This document shows positions 48,558-57,834 of a stretch of 64,000 nt of DNA, in pieces. Below the pieces are notes generated by a model. That model worked only from the letters and a program-made list of their open reading frames with translations. It had not been told where the DNA came from and made no database searches. Each line of letters opens with the position of its first letter. The first letter of the stretch is position 1. The stretch lies in sequence record PQ287642.1; one strand, 5' to 3'. The position numbers and the translations under genes were made by a program.

Positions 48558-48895
48558 GTGTTAACCCTGTCGTAGTGATAGGAGTAGATGGAACCCACAA
48601 CGTGACTAGCAGCTGAAGTATCCAGAGAATGGTTCTCCACCATTTTCACAGCGGAGAGGTTAATGTCACCGAGCTTGTAAGCAAAGTCAGTGAGCCATTC
48701 ACGGACAGGTCCTTCAGCTATACCCGTCTTGTCAACCACGTCAACCGTTGCTTTATCCAGAAGATCATTTAACATTGCAACACCGACATTGATAATGGAT
48801 TTCTCAAGGTCGATAACAACGGCAGAAAACTCCCCACTCACTCGGAGCAAGGAGTCAAGGTCTGGATCGTTCCAATCTAACGAAGGAACCTTCAT
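48554..48895 (-). CDS. VN[TSQ]-tail family member 3
   Basis: Ends HYDRVNT; start MKVPSL. Confidence 0.6.
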   Translation of the reverse strand: MKVPSLDWNDPDLDSLLRVSGEFSAVVIDLEKSIINVGVAMLNDLLDKATVDVVDKTGIAEGPVREWLTDFAYKLGDINLSAVKMVENHSLDTSAASHVVGSIYSYHYDRVNT

Positions 48896-49185
48896 CAGGT
48901 ATTCACGGACTCGAAGTAGGTTTCCGAGAGCCCGGAGACACAAGTGAGATTCACACCAGGGTCTTCATCGTGGTCGGTAGACCCAGTGATGATATCCTCG
49001 TAATGGTTTTCAACAGCGTCGAGAACACCACCCACCGCATAGTCAATAGCGGCAGCAGCTGCCCCGCAAAGAACATCATTGCCGTCGTTGGTGTCATCTT
49101 TACTGAGTTCACGAACTTTGTTCTTGAACAGTTCAATTGCCTCAGTACGTACTTCTACAGCAGCGCCAATCAGTTGAGTAGCCAT
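48895..49185 (-). CDS. VN[TSQ]-tail family member 4
   Basis: Ends YFESVNT. Confidence 0.65.
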   Translation of the reverse strand: MATQLIGAAVEVRTEAIELFKNKVRELSKDDTNDGNDVLCGAAAAAIDYAVGGVLDAVENHYEDIITGSTDHDEDPGVNLTCVSGLSETYFESVNT

Positions 49186-49685
49186 TAAGCTTCTCCTACA
49201 AGTTGTTTGGTTTTAAGACGTAGTTTGTGTTGCCGGTATTTCAGAATGGACGATGCTTTAACTTCACCCCTCAGAATGCGTTTAGTTTCTTCAGTCGTAA
49301 AGTCAGCATCGACTTGGTAGATGTAATGCTTCTCGTAGAAATGTTGGTATCCATGGAAACCATAATAACCACGTAGAAGTTTTGGACCAGTCAATCGTCG
49401 TAGCTCTTTCACCATACCTGAACCGACGCCTTTTCGCCGGAATTCGGGTTTAACGTAGAACATACAGAGATTACGACGGCCAGTATTGTGCAAGATATAA
49501 CCAACCAGTGCACCATCAGTATCATCGATCGCCATTACCACACGGTAACGTCTCACGGTACCATTTTTCAGAATGGTTTTGATATAACGACAGAGTGAAC
49601 CGGATTGTTCGTAAAGTTTGTTCTCTATGATCGAACGTAGGGACATCTTCACAAGAATGGGAGCTTCGATGATACTGTAGTTCAT
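49185..49685 (-). CDS. GNAT acetyltransferase
   Basis: MFYVKPEFRRKGVGSGMV acetyl-CoA motif A. Confidence 0.88.
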   Translation of the reverse strand: MNYSIIEAPILVKMSLRSIIENKLYEQSGSLCRYIKTILKNGTVRRYRVVMAIDDTDGALVGYILHNTGRRNLCMFYVKPEFRRKGVGSGMVKELRRLTGPKLLRGYYGFHGYQHFYEKHYIYQVDADFTTEETKRILRGEVKASSILKYRQHKLRLKTKQLVGEA

Positions 49686-50053
49686 TAGCTGTTTACCAAT
49701 TTGAAATAATCAACTACCCCATCGGAAATATCGATTGCTTCCACATCTTCAGATGCGAAAGGAATCCAGTTTCCACCTGCTTCAATAGCTTCGGCTTTTT
49801 CTTCTTCACCCACCTTAGGAATGAGTGAAAAACCGGGACAGTCGGGATGGTTACCTTCAATCACACCGAGTACACCGGAGACAATATCATCCGCCATGGC
49901 AGCATTCGGATTGACATATGCCTCATACTTACCTTGTTCAGCTTCAGCGAGAATTTCATCTCGTTTACTATTCACCGCGTCTATAAACAGATCACGTACT
50001 TCACTGAACGTGGCTGCGCGCGGTTCACCAGTGCCTTCGAAATATACGGTCAT
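49685..50053 (-). CDS. VN[TSQ]-tail family member 5
   Basis: PRAATFSEVRDLF...PGFSLIP...GGNWIP; ends YFKLVNS. Confidence 0.7.
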   Translation of the reverse strand: MTVYFEGTGEPRAATFSEVRDLFIDAVNSKRDEILAEAEQGKYEAYVNPNAAMADDIVSGVLGVIEGNHPDCPGFSLIPKVGEEEKAEAIEAGGNWIPFASEDVEAIDISDGVVDYFKLVNS

Positions 50054-50502
50054 GGTTTTTCGATCGCTTTGTTGAGTTCTTGTTCTAGTTGCACGAGTTC
50101 TTCATCGGTGAGATCCCTTGAAGCACACATGCAACGCCCTGGTCGTTTGTACCACGTGATACAGACATCACGCCAAATCAAAGCACCCTCATCTTCACCT
50201 GGAATCCTGAATGTTTCAAGTTCATCGGTGTTAAGAGTGGGACCACCCGGATAAGGGTTAACTCGATCGTGGTCTATTTTACTAAACTTCATCAGGAGGT
50301 CGTAAAGAGGACCGGTAGATACGAGTTTCCAATGCGAAGCAAGTTTGATGTCTTCACTCGGTATAGTCGCCCAGTATTCTTTTTCATTTTCATCAAGGTC
50401 TTCTGGCTCAGGCAGACCACCGATTAAACAATAGGCATGTTTAGCCACTTCTACTAAACGGATGTTTTTCATAGCTTGATCCTGATCTTTGTAATACCGC
50501 AA
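50050..50502 (-). CDS. Conserved hypothetical phage protein
   Basis: ITWYKRPGRCMCAS motif. Confidence 0.7.
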   Translation of the reverse strand: MRYYKDQDQAMKNIRLVEVAKHAYCLIGGLPEPEDLDENEKEYWATIPSEDIKLASHWKLVSTGPLYDLLMKFSKIDHDRVNPYPGGPTLNTDELETFRIPGEDEGALIWRDVCITWYKRPGRCMCASRDLTDEELVQLEQELNKAIEKP

Positions 50503-50813
50503 CTATGTTCGCAGAACTCTACCTTCGTCCATCCTGCTTCTTTCAACCGCGCTTTAACAACTTTCTTTACAGACAAAGCAATGTCGTCTTTATGTTCGAC
50601 AACAATCTCATAGTTTCTGACATAATGGAAGTTATTGAAACCAGGTAGATCTTCAAGAATCTTTTTACGGATGCTTGCACAGACTTCATTAGCCTGGCGT
50701 TCTACCAGCATCGCAATAACTTCACTTTTTGTCGGAATAGAACAATTGTCGGTTTCCATCCGGAGAGTTTTGATTGCATCTTCCAGAAGCGATTTTGAAA
50801 TACCAAGGGTCAT
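50469..50813 (-). CDS. Small alpha/beta protein, paralog of 50810-51265
   Basis: L...GW.....  ..I.I.L C-terminus. Confidence 0.6.
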   Translation of the reverse strand: MTLGISKSLLEDAIKTLRMETDNCSIPTKSEVIAMLVERQANEVCASIRKKILEDLPGFNNFHYVRNYEIVVEHKDDIALSVKKVVKARLKEAGWTKVEFCEHSCGITKIRIKL

Positions 50814-51265
50814 CGGACAAGCTCTCCATGAGTGAGATAGATTTTAATACGGGTCACAATTGACTCACCTGTTTCATTAGTAGGGCTAGCCTCATCAATG
50901 ATTTCAATTGACCAACCATGCTTACCCATTGCTTCTCTTAGAGAGAGTTTTAACTCTTTTGTGAGTATGTGGGATACATGTATTTCGAACCAGGCTGCTC
51001 CAGATGAATCATATTTTACGTTCGCGTAATTTCCACCATAATCATCCAATTCCATTTCAGAACGGATATCCCGAAGAATTTGAGTTGTCATGTAGCGAAC
51101 ATATTTGTCATAGAACTCTTCTTTAGAATCTATGACAATGGTTCTATCTCGAAGCATAAAAGATAACTCTTTTTTATTTAGTGACGTGACATTTGAGTCA
51201 TTCACCGAAGCGGACTTGCTTGAGAAGTTCCAAGGTAGCCAATTCCAACAGCTCATCTTCTTCAA
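50810..51265 (-). CDS. Small alpha/beta protein
   Basis: Shared C-terminal pattern as above. Confidence 0.65.
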   Translation of the reverse strand: MKKMSCWNWLPWNFSSKSASVNDSNVTSLNKKELSFMLRDRTIVIDSKEEFYDKYVRYMTTQILRDIRSEMELDDYGGNYANVKYDSSGAAWFEIHVSHILTKELKLSLREAMGKHGWSIEIIDEASPTNETGESIVTRIKIYLTHGELVR

Positions 51266-51692
51266 CCTCGATGTCTCTCAGTAAGTACATCCCTTCCCAT
51301 TCAAAACACCGGTCTTTAAGAGCGGCATTAATATTACTTGGGATCATCAGGTAAACATCATACTCTTCACCTTCATCGTCCAACTGGCCGAGATTATGCA
51401 TGGTGATACTACCTGTTTTAGGAACAGGTGTCATTCGATGAATACCTGGTTTATTTGTTACCTTGATAAAGGTTTCAATGTCATGCGTAAATGACATTGA
51501 GTTATTAATAGCCTTATCGAGAACAGTATCATCAGTCAGATTAATCAGACTGAATTGACCACCAGGGATATAACGAGTACAATTTGAATTGCAATACGTC
51601 TGAACAAGCGGAACGACAGCGAGTTCCCAGCCGGTCTCATTATCTGGATCAGGCATCCATGTACCGTGGATTATTGCGATCTTGTTAGCCAA
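51198..51692 (-). CDS. Hypothetical protein
   Basis: GAGGAG SD. Confidence 0.7.
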   Translation of the reverse strand: MANKIAIIHGTWMPDPDNETGWELAVVPLVQTYCNSNCTRYIPGGQFSLINLTDDTVLDKAINNSMSFTHDIETFIKVTNKPGIHRMTPVPKTGSITMHNLGQLDDEGEEYDVYLMIPSNINAALKDRCFEWEGMYLLRDIEVEEDELLELATLELLKQVRFGE

Positions 51693-51879
51693 TTACACCA
51701 CTCCTCAAAGGTTCTGGATCTCGGAATGTAATTTTTACAGTGGGAAGTAATTCACCAGAACGTTCTTCCCAACCTATCTCAAGACTGGTGATACGTTTTG
51801 CGATATCTGGGTTTGTAGCGATAACCGATTTACCACCATTTACAAGTACTTGAAGACGATCAGCGGAACGACTGGACAT
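51685..51879 (-). CDS. Hypothetical protein
   Basis: GAGG SD. Confidence 0.6.
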   Translation of the reverse strand: MSSRSADRLQVLVNGGKSVIATNPDIAKRITSLEIGWEERSGELLPTVKITFRDPEPLRSGVIG

Positions 51880-52030
51880 GTGTAACTACCTCTTGACAAG
51901 AAAGGGGATATTTTTTACATTGCTCAACTTGACGTTCAGCGTGTTTCTTCGTGTAGATACAGGCAATAATGACAAAGACGACTAGTCCAATTATCATTAA
52001 CCAGATAGACTGTTTCCTCTTATACGTCAT
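51860..52030 (-). CDS. 56-aa early membrane microprotein (not in ORF track)
   Basis: MTYKRKQSIWLMIIGLVVFVIIACIYTKK...; first ORF after promoter 52061. Confidence 0.65.
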   Translation of the reverse strand: MTYKRKQSIWLMIIGLVVFVIIACIYTKKHAERQVEQCKKYPLSCQEVVTHVQSFR

Positions 52031-52060
52031 TTGTAAAGTCCTTATGGATTCAGCAAATAC

Positions 52061-52068
52061 GTAATATA
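52061..52068 (-). promoter_or_regulatory. Early promoter TATATTAC
   Basis: Exact match after terminator 52089. Confidence 0.75.
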
Positions 52069-52125
52069 GATCTGAAAAAAATTTTAGTACATACAGCCCT
52101 CTCCCGAAGGAGAGGGCATATGCAT

Positions 52126-52575
52126 TTATTTCTTATCTGCTGGATTAGGTACAGTAAACGGTTTAGGATCAAAACTCTTACTCATCCTGCATGCAGAGAA
52201 AAGCCTTTCCGCAGCACGATCAGTAGCGGTCATTCCATTAAAGCCGTTAGGACCAAACTGTTTCCTATACCGAGTGATATCGACATGGAAGTTAACGATC
52301 TTATCTTTGATATACCACAGCGCAGTAAGATTCGCGGTGATTTCGTACTCCATGGTTTTAGGCATATCTTTTGCTTTGTTCCAGAGAGTCCAGTACGCAT
52401 TCTGAACGGCAATAGAAGCCTGATCGGAATTGGCGTTTTTCTCTTCGATCTGATTACCTACAACAATACTGGTTTGATATACCAGTGCGCAAACGTCATC
52501 GTTCAACGCAAGGTAATTATTCGCATTAACAGCGAAAGAGAAAAACATAAGAACGAAAGCAGCTACGTATTTCAT
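52126..52575 (-). CDS. Exported protein, 2-Cys family member
   Basis: Signal peptide (AVNA); Cys near each end of the mature domain. Confidence 0.75.
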   Translation of the reverse strand: MKYVAAFVLMFFSFAVNANNYLALNDDVCALVYQTSIVVGNQIEEKNANSDQASIAVQNAYWTLWNKAKDMPKTMEYEITANLTALWYIKDKIVNFHVDITRYRKQFGPNGFNGMTATDRAAERLFSACRMSKSFDPKPFTVPNPADKK

Positions 52576-52589
52576 GGGATCTCCTTAAT

Positions 52590-53045
52590 TTAGAGGGCGC
52601 GTCCATTGATGGGACGAAGGTATTCGAACTTAGTACCGATGGCTTCCTTACAATCGAGATAAGTGGCACCACCGATAAAGTCAGGATACTGACTGAGATT
52701 ACCTTTTAGGTTAAGCCAATTAAGGCGGTAGGTTTTACTATAAAGGTTATTATGCAGGGTCGGTGAATAAACTGCAATGTAGTGGAATACTGCCCAACTG
52801 GTCGGATCTTTTGTTTCGTTGTTCAAAAGAGCGGTAACGACCTGTTGTGAGAGATCACGAACACTTACATTACTTTTCATGTTGTCAATAGCGAGAGCAG
52901 TTGCGATGATCTCAACTTTTTCACAAAGCTCTACATCGACCACACGGGTATCCCGCATGAAACCTTTAGGTGGCGGTGCAGCATTGGCTACACTCAACAC
53001 CATCAGCATTACAAAACCTACAATAAGACGAACGAACATATTCAT
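52590..53045 (-). CDS. Exported protein, 2-Cys family member
   Basis: Signal peptide (VANA); LCEK...DCKEAIGTKF. Confidence 0.75.
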   Translation of the reverse strand: MNMFVRLIVGFVMLMVLSVANAAPPPKGFMRDTRVVDVELCEKVEIIATALAIDNMKSNVSVRDLSQQVVTALLNNETKDPTSWAVFHYIAVYSPTLHNNLYSKTYRLNWLNLKGNLSQYPDFIGGATYLDCKEAIGTKFEYLRPINGRAL

Positions 53046-53398
53046 TTACTCCCTGCGAATTTGTAACCCACGTTAGCTTCACAACTTTCGATTATTGCCT
53101 GGATAATATCTTTATCAGGATAACGTTTAGTTATGTTGCGTTTGATATCTATTACAAGAACTTGTGCATAGATGGCCCCAGTACGAATATCATCGTTATC
53201 TGTGTCACCCATACGCTTATTCAAATAAGACATTGCTTGGAACTGGTCGCCGCCATTCCGAAAGATCTTGATAACATCACGGGACATAGTTACAGCGATC
53301 TTACAGGATTTTTCGGTTATTTGTTGATCTCGCTCAGCGAACGAAGGTTGACAACCAGTGAACATCATAATCAGAAAAGCGATTATATACCTTTTCAT
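53042..53398 (-). CDS. Exported protein, 2-Cys family member
   Basis: GAGG SD before MKRYII; SCKI...SCEANVGYKF. Confidence 0.7.
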   Translation of the reverse strand: MKRYIIAFLIMMFTGCQPSFAERDQQITEKSCKIAVTMSRDVIKIFRNGGDQFQAMSYLNKRMGDTDNDDIRTGAIYAQVLVIDIKRNITKRYPDKDIIQAIIESCEANVGYKFAGSK

Positions 53399-53505
53399 CT
53401 CCTTAACCTCTTTTGAGTATATGTCAAGTTTGTTATGTAGTGTTTCAAATGTTTTAAATGTAGTATCCGTCCAACATAAAGTCCTCCCCGAAGGGAGTAC
53501 AATAT

Positions 53506-53778
53506 TTAGATAGCATACGCCTCTACAATTGGACCAACCAGATAACCGATCCAGATAGCAAATAAGCAAGGCATCATAAAGTCGTGACTGGCTGTCCAGC
53601 GCTTATACCACTTAGGCGACCGTTTGAAAATACCTTTCCAAATATCACGTGCTTCCAGTTGAATATAGAGGTAGAACCAAATGGAAGAACTTATGAATAT
53701 AGCAATCGCTACACCCTCATAGTAAGCAGAGATATACGCGGTTACTATACCTACAATAAAAGCAAGGTAATGTGACAT
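53506..53778 (-). CDS. Multi-TM membrane protein
   Basis: Three hydrophobic segments. Confidence 0.7.
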   Translation of the reverse strand: MSHYLAFIVGIVTAYISAYYEGVAIAIFISSSIWFYLYIQLEARDIWKGIFKRSPKWYKRWTASHDFMMPCLFAIWIGYLVGPIVEAYAI

Positions 53779-54386
53779 TAAGCCTCCAGTTTAGCGAATG
53801 CCTCGTCCAAGAAAATCTTGAATACATCCCTTACCACCGGATGCGCTTTAGTCATCCGATTATAAAGGTCCAATTTCTCTTTGAGAAAGACGGGTGCAAA
53901 TTTAGGAGCGTCATCAACGATAACATACACGTTGGTGAGCGATTCAATAAGTTTGCATGTCTGTGTAACGTCACAGCATTCTTCAAGTTGGCGATGGTAC
54001 GCATCGATACGTACTTTTCGAGGAGCATCGAAATTCGGTTGAGTTAAGCCCTGTACTAGTTTGGTGATATACGGAGTGAAATGAGTTAGGACGTCATCGA
54101 GAGTCCAGCTACTATCCTCAACGATATCGTGTAACCACAAGGCAGCCTGCTCGCCCGGTCCAAGTCCAAACATTTTTCCGATGGATGCTGCATTGTGTAA
54201 ATGCGTCCATACCGGTAGGCCAGAACCTTTACGACGTTCACCAGAGCCGATCGTATACCCTACACCAATAGCTGCCGCCAGCTCTACGGTGTGATGCCCT
54301 TTCCATAGCGGAAGCACGTTCGCCGGGATGCGAGTATCCAAGATAGCTTTAACTTGCTGATATGCTTCTGCTACAATATCCATCAT
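53778..54386 (-). CDS. HD-domain hydrolase, SpoT/Mesh1 (small alarmone hydrolase)-like
   Basis: RRKGSGLP..TH, LHDIVED, KLVQGLT, KLIES..N. Confidence 0.78.
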   Translation of the reverse strand: MMDIVAEAYQQVKAILDTRIPANVLPLWKGHHTVELAAAIGVGYTIGSGERRKGSGLPVWTHLHNAASIGKMFGLGPGEQAALWLHDIVEDSSWTLDDVLTHFTPYITKLVQGLTQPNFDAPRKVRIDAYHRQLEECCDVTQTCKLIESLTNVYVIVDDAPKFAPVFLKEKLDLYNRMTKAHPVVRDVFKIFLDEAFAKLEA

Positions 54387-54409
54387 TTACTCCACGTTAA
54401 GCGTTAGTA

Positions 54410-54895
54410 CTATTGAGGAAAAAGGATCTTCTCATTAGGATCAACAAAGAATCCACAATTAACGAGAATTACGTCCATCCAAGTTTTAGTTTGGAGAATA
54501 CCCGTTTCATACGCATCTTCAAGATCGATTAGATCAAGCGGATCGAACGAACCGTAATAGATCGGACCATCATCAATCTGCAATTGATAGAAGCGAAGTT
54601 TGGACATATCCTCTTCATCTAGAGTATCATCGAGGTCTTCATCATCATCATCCTCATCGTCCACACCGCTCATTAAATCAAGCACGTGTTCACGATAAAG
54701 GAATTGTTGACCACTTTCAACTGTGAACCAATGTTTCTTATCTTTGATTGGAATCCGGCGCTTAAACTGAGGCTCGGCAACGAATGCCCTATATTCCTCT
54801 TCAAGCTCGTCCGCTCTACCGCAGGCCATGGTAGAAGAACGGATGGCTGTAAGTACAACCGATTCCAAAATAGGATGTAGTTCTATCATGGACAC
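54410..54895 (-). CDS. Hypothetical protein with poly-Asp/Glu tract
   Basis: DDEDDDDEDLDDTLDEED. Confidence 0.7.
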   Translation of the reverse strand: MSMIELHPILESVVLTAIRSSTMACGRADELEEEYRAFVAEPQFKRRIPIKDKKHWFTVESGQQFLYREHVLDLMSGVDDEDDDDEDLDDTLDEEDMSKLRFYQLQIDDGPIYYGSFDPLDLIDLEDAYETGILQTKTWMDVILVNCGFFVDPNEKILFPQ

Positions 54896-55004
54896 CTCCT
54901 AGTAATGGGTTAATGATCATCTACATCATGTAGATCTGAGATAATCTTTAACGGTAAAGAAAAAGACAAAGTGCCCTCTCCCGAAGGAGAGGGCTTTATG
55001 CACC

Positions 55005-55397
55005 TTAAGCTTTTAGTGCATCGCAGTTCTGGGCTACGTAGCGAAGCACTTCATGAAGAAGACTTCTCATCCAACCCTCAGAGCGACTTCCTTGACGATA
55101 TTTCTTAAAGATCGTCAAATGGTTCATGCAGTCTATGTCGAATTCATATTCGATCCAAGAGGTCTCTTTATCACGAACTGCTGTAATGTGAACAGTGAAA
55201 CGTTCAGGGGCCTCAGATTTCCAATCAATTCTAACGTCGACAGTGTGGTTATCTGGACCAGAAACGTTATTGAGGATATACGGAAGCTTCTCTGGCGTAA
55301 CCTTATCGAGAATGAATCTGAACAGTGCAATGGAGATTGCGTCATGTTCAAGAAGATAAAGTTCATTCCGACGGATACGGTGAAATTCTTGATCCAT
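55005..55397 (-). CDS. Hypothetical protein
   Basis: AAGGA SD. Confidence 0.7.
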   Translation of the reverse strand: MDQEFHRIRRNELYLLEHDAISIALFRFILDKVTPEKLPYILNNVSGPDNHTVDVRIDWKSEAPERFTVHITAVRDKETSWIEYEFDIDCMNHLTIFKKYRQGSRSEGWMRSLLHEVLRYVAQNCDALKA

Positions 55398-55407
55398 TAT
55401 CTTTTCC

Positions 55408-55746
55408 TTATCGAGTTACGTACTCTGCCCATCTCACAAGAACCTGTGCGCTGTCACGATATAGCTCAGCGGATTCGATGCAGCCGCTACTAGCGTAATC
55501 GTTAATGATAACCCCACCATCATGCACAGTCACATCAAAGTGAAGGATACCTGCACCAGTACCTACTGCAATCGTCCAAGTTTTTACTTCGGGACTGAAG
55601 CTGGTGTCACCGATTATTACTTGTGTCCCATCGCAGAAGTGTATGTGTTCTTTATCCAAGCAACTTGGGTGCGACATGACCGTATCGGTCACAACCATGA
55701 CTATTGTTTTCTTCCACAGTTCTTGATAACGCTTATCGGTATCCAT
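55408..55746 (-). CDS. Hypothetical protein
   Basis: AAGGA SD. Confidence 0.7.
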   Translation of the reverse strand: MDTDKRYQELWKKTIVMVVTDTVMSHPSCLDKEHIHFCDGTQVIIGDTSFSPEVKTWTIAVGTGAGILHFDVTVHDGGVIINDYASSGCIESAELYRDSAQVLVRWAEYVTR

Positions 55747-55782
55747 AAACCAAATCCTTGTAATGAGGGTTATAAGAAACAG

Positions 55783-56187
55783 TTAGACTTTAGTTTTAAC
55801 CGTGATGGGTTTACCGTATTGGTCGAAGTTAGAGGAACAGTATGCAACTGCCTCCGTAAACAAACTGTTCACTTCTTCCATATCCGAAATGATGTCATCG
55901 GAAACTGTACCTCCAACCAATTCAAAATCTACGCCACCTGGAACACCGTAGCTATATTCCTGTACGATATTCCACAGTCGATCAGATACCTTTACCTCAG
56001 CAGTAACGTAGCTAAGGCGGCGATCAACGGAGCGATGATGGAAGGTAACAGTAGCGTCACCCACCTCAACAGTGGGGAGGGTATTAGCAGCTTCACGACG
56101 GAAAGCATTATTGTAGTAAACAAAGACAGCTTCTGCAATGCGTTGCAGAATGGTGATATGTACGCTGGTTTGGATCTCGGTATTCAT
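55783..56187 (-). CDS. Hypothetical early protein
   Basis: First ORF after promoter 56260. Confidence 0.7.
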   Translation of the reverse strand: MNTEIQTSVHITILQRIAEAVFVYYNNAFRREAANTLPTVEVGDATVTFHHRSVDRRLSYVTAEVKVSDRLWNIVQEYSYGVPGGVDFELVGGTVSDDIISDMEEVNSLFTEAVAYCSSNFDQYGKPITVKTKV

Positions 56188-56259
56188 GGAACATTCCTCT
56201 ATGGACTATCGATGATCTTCTTTACGTATTTGAATGATATCTTTACGAATATCAAATTG

Positions 56260-56267
56260 GTAATATA
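56260..56267 (-). promoter_or_regulatory. Early promoter TATATTAC
   Basis: Exact match with extended flanks like 45070. Confidence 0.8.
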
Positions 56268-56331
56268 GGTTTTTAATGTATTTAAATACAAAAAAGAAAA
56301 GAACAAAGGGGAGCCGAAGCTCCCCCATTAT

Positions 56332-56892
56332 TCAGATGGAACGACGCAGGATCGAATCGAGATTCTGGGTAGATTCCAGGAACACCGAACGCAGATCGAT
56401 ACCCCAGTCACTAATGGCTTCAGCTGCCTCAGGCCAATACTCTGTACCAAGAGGACTCACTGTGGCGAAACGAGGACCGTCGAGATCACGTAGAGTGAAC
56501 TTGTTAGCATCTATCAGTTTCAGGTGTTGTATCAGAATGTGGTAAATCACTTGACACAGAATCGACTTACCACGATGGTTGCCACCCAGCACGGCGATTC
56601 GGAGTTCTTTACTCCAGAGCGGGTTGAACGCATTATCCACAGGTGGAGACACCTTAGTGCCACACGGATGAATAGCGTGCTCACTGACAGTCAGATGATA
56701 GTCATCAGCTTTGAACTCACTCAAGATTACAGCGGAATCGAGATCAGCATAGTCTTCACGACCAGTGTGCATTACTTTGTGGTTAAGACCAAGAGAGGTC
56801 AACTCATTAGAAAGCACATTCCGGATAGCCAGGCTGGTTGCAGGGTCATCAGTGAGAACGAGGATTTGATTATTTACGTGGTTATACAGCAT
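56332..56892 (-). CDS. Protein with a P-loop-like motif in a duplicated domain
   Basis: IAVLGGNHRGKS; start MLYNHV after AAGGA. Confidence 0.55.
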   Translation of the reverse strand: MLYNHVNNQILVLTDDPATSLAIRNVLSNELTSLGLNHKVMHTGREDYADLDSAVILSEFKADDYHLTVSEHAIHPCGTKVSPPVDNAFNPLWSKELRIAVLGGNHRGKSILCQVIYHILIQHLKLIDANKFTLRDLDGPRFATVSPLGTEYWPEAAEAISDWGIDLRSVFLESTQNLDSILRRSI

Positions 56893-57361
56893 TTTGTCTT
56901 TCCTTGTGGTCATTAAAAGCTTTTTCGTAAATGGGAGTAACGAGATGGTTATCAGGGTAGACTGGGTCACCACTGCCATCCCGAACCCAACGGATGTAGG
57001 TTGTGAAGTTGAATCGATTACTGCGATGTTGTGCTGGGTCTTGTCCGAATCCGTTATACTCGGGCATATTTAGCCAGAGGTTACAGATCTGGAACAACCA
57101 GTCCAACTCCACTGGAATATCATCGGTGATAGTTCTTTTGTCTTCTTCGTTCAGAATCTGGAACAGTTGTAAAAGGAAGTGGATATTGTTCCACACCTTA
57201 GCCCCGTTCTTGATGTTCTGATGGAAGTAAATTGCACGCCGAGTAAAGAGATTACGGAAGATCTCAAACTCGTCCCTCGGTAAAGTGATTGGCTCATTCA
57301 GATAGACAAAGCGAACGTACGCTTCAACCATCTCAAGAGACATGTGATTTTTACTGGTCAT
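56882..57361 (-). CDS. Hypothetical protein
   Basis: AGGA SD. Confidence 0.7.
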   Translation of the reverse strand: MTSKNHMSLEMVEAYVRFVYLNEPITLPRDEFEIFRNLFTRRAIYFHQNIKNGAKVWNNIHFLLQLFQILNEEDKRTITDDIPVELDWLFQICNLWLNMPEYNGFGQDPAQHRSNRFNFTTYIRWVRDGSGDPVYPDNHLVTPIYEKAFNDHKERQNAV

Positions 57362-57411
57362 TGAAATTCCTGGTGGATATAAGGCCCAGCCGAAGCTGGG
57401 CCTTTATGTTG

Positions 57412-57513
57412 TCAGATCCAGTCTTCCTCTTTGGTGATGATACCATCGTATTCATCAGAAGAAACGCCTTCACCAAAACCGACGTAGTCTTCCCAAGAAT
57501 CAGAAACCTTCAT
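57412..57513 (-). CDS. 33-aa acidic/aromatic microprotein (not in ORF track)
   Basis: MKVSDSWEDYVGFGEGVSSDEYDGIITKEEDWI. Confidence 0.5.
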   Translation of the reverse strand: MKVSDSWEDYVGFGEGVSSDEYDGIITKEEDWI

Positions 57514-57522
57514 AATCGTCTC

Positions 57523-57834
57523 TCATAGGGCTTTCCTAATGCGAATAGAAAGAGTAGTACCGTCGTCAGCCTTGAACTTGAACAGTGCGGTTCCAGGTTG
57601 GAGAATAGAAGGTACAACGGTGACAGTCCATGTACGTGCTTTTTTACGACTGCGTACATAATCATTGATAGCTTCACTCAACTGTTCGGTCCAGTGATAC
57701 TTTTCGAAATGTGCAATTACCTGGAGAATATACTCCTTATCTCCAACAAAAGTAGCTCGATCTTTTAGATAGTTGGGGAAACCAACAGTGGCGATAGCAT
57801 GCAGTCGTTGACAAGCAGAAAGGAGCAGACTCAT
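57523..57834 (-). CDS. Hypothetical protein
   Basis: Coupled ORF. Confidence 0.65.
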   Translation of the reverse strand: MSLLLSACQRLHAIATVGFPNYLKDRATFVGDKEYILQVIAHFEKYHWTEQLSEAINDYVRSRKKARTWTVTVVPSILQPGTALFKFKADDGTTLSIRIRKAL

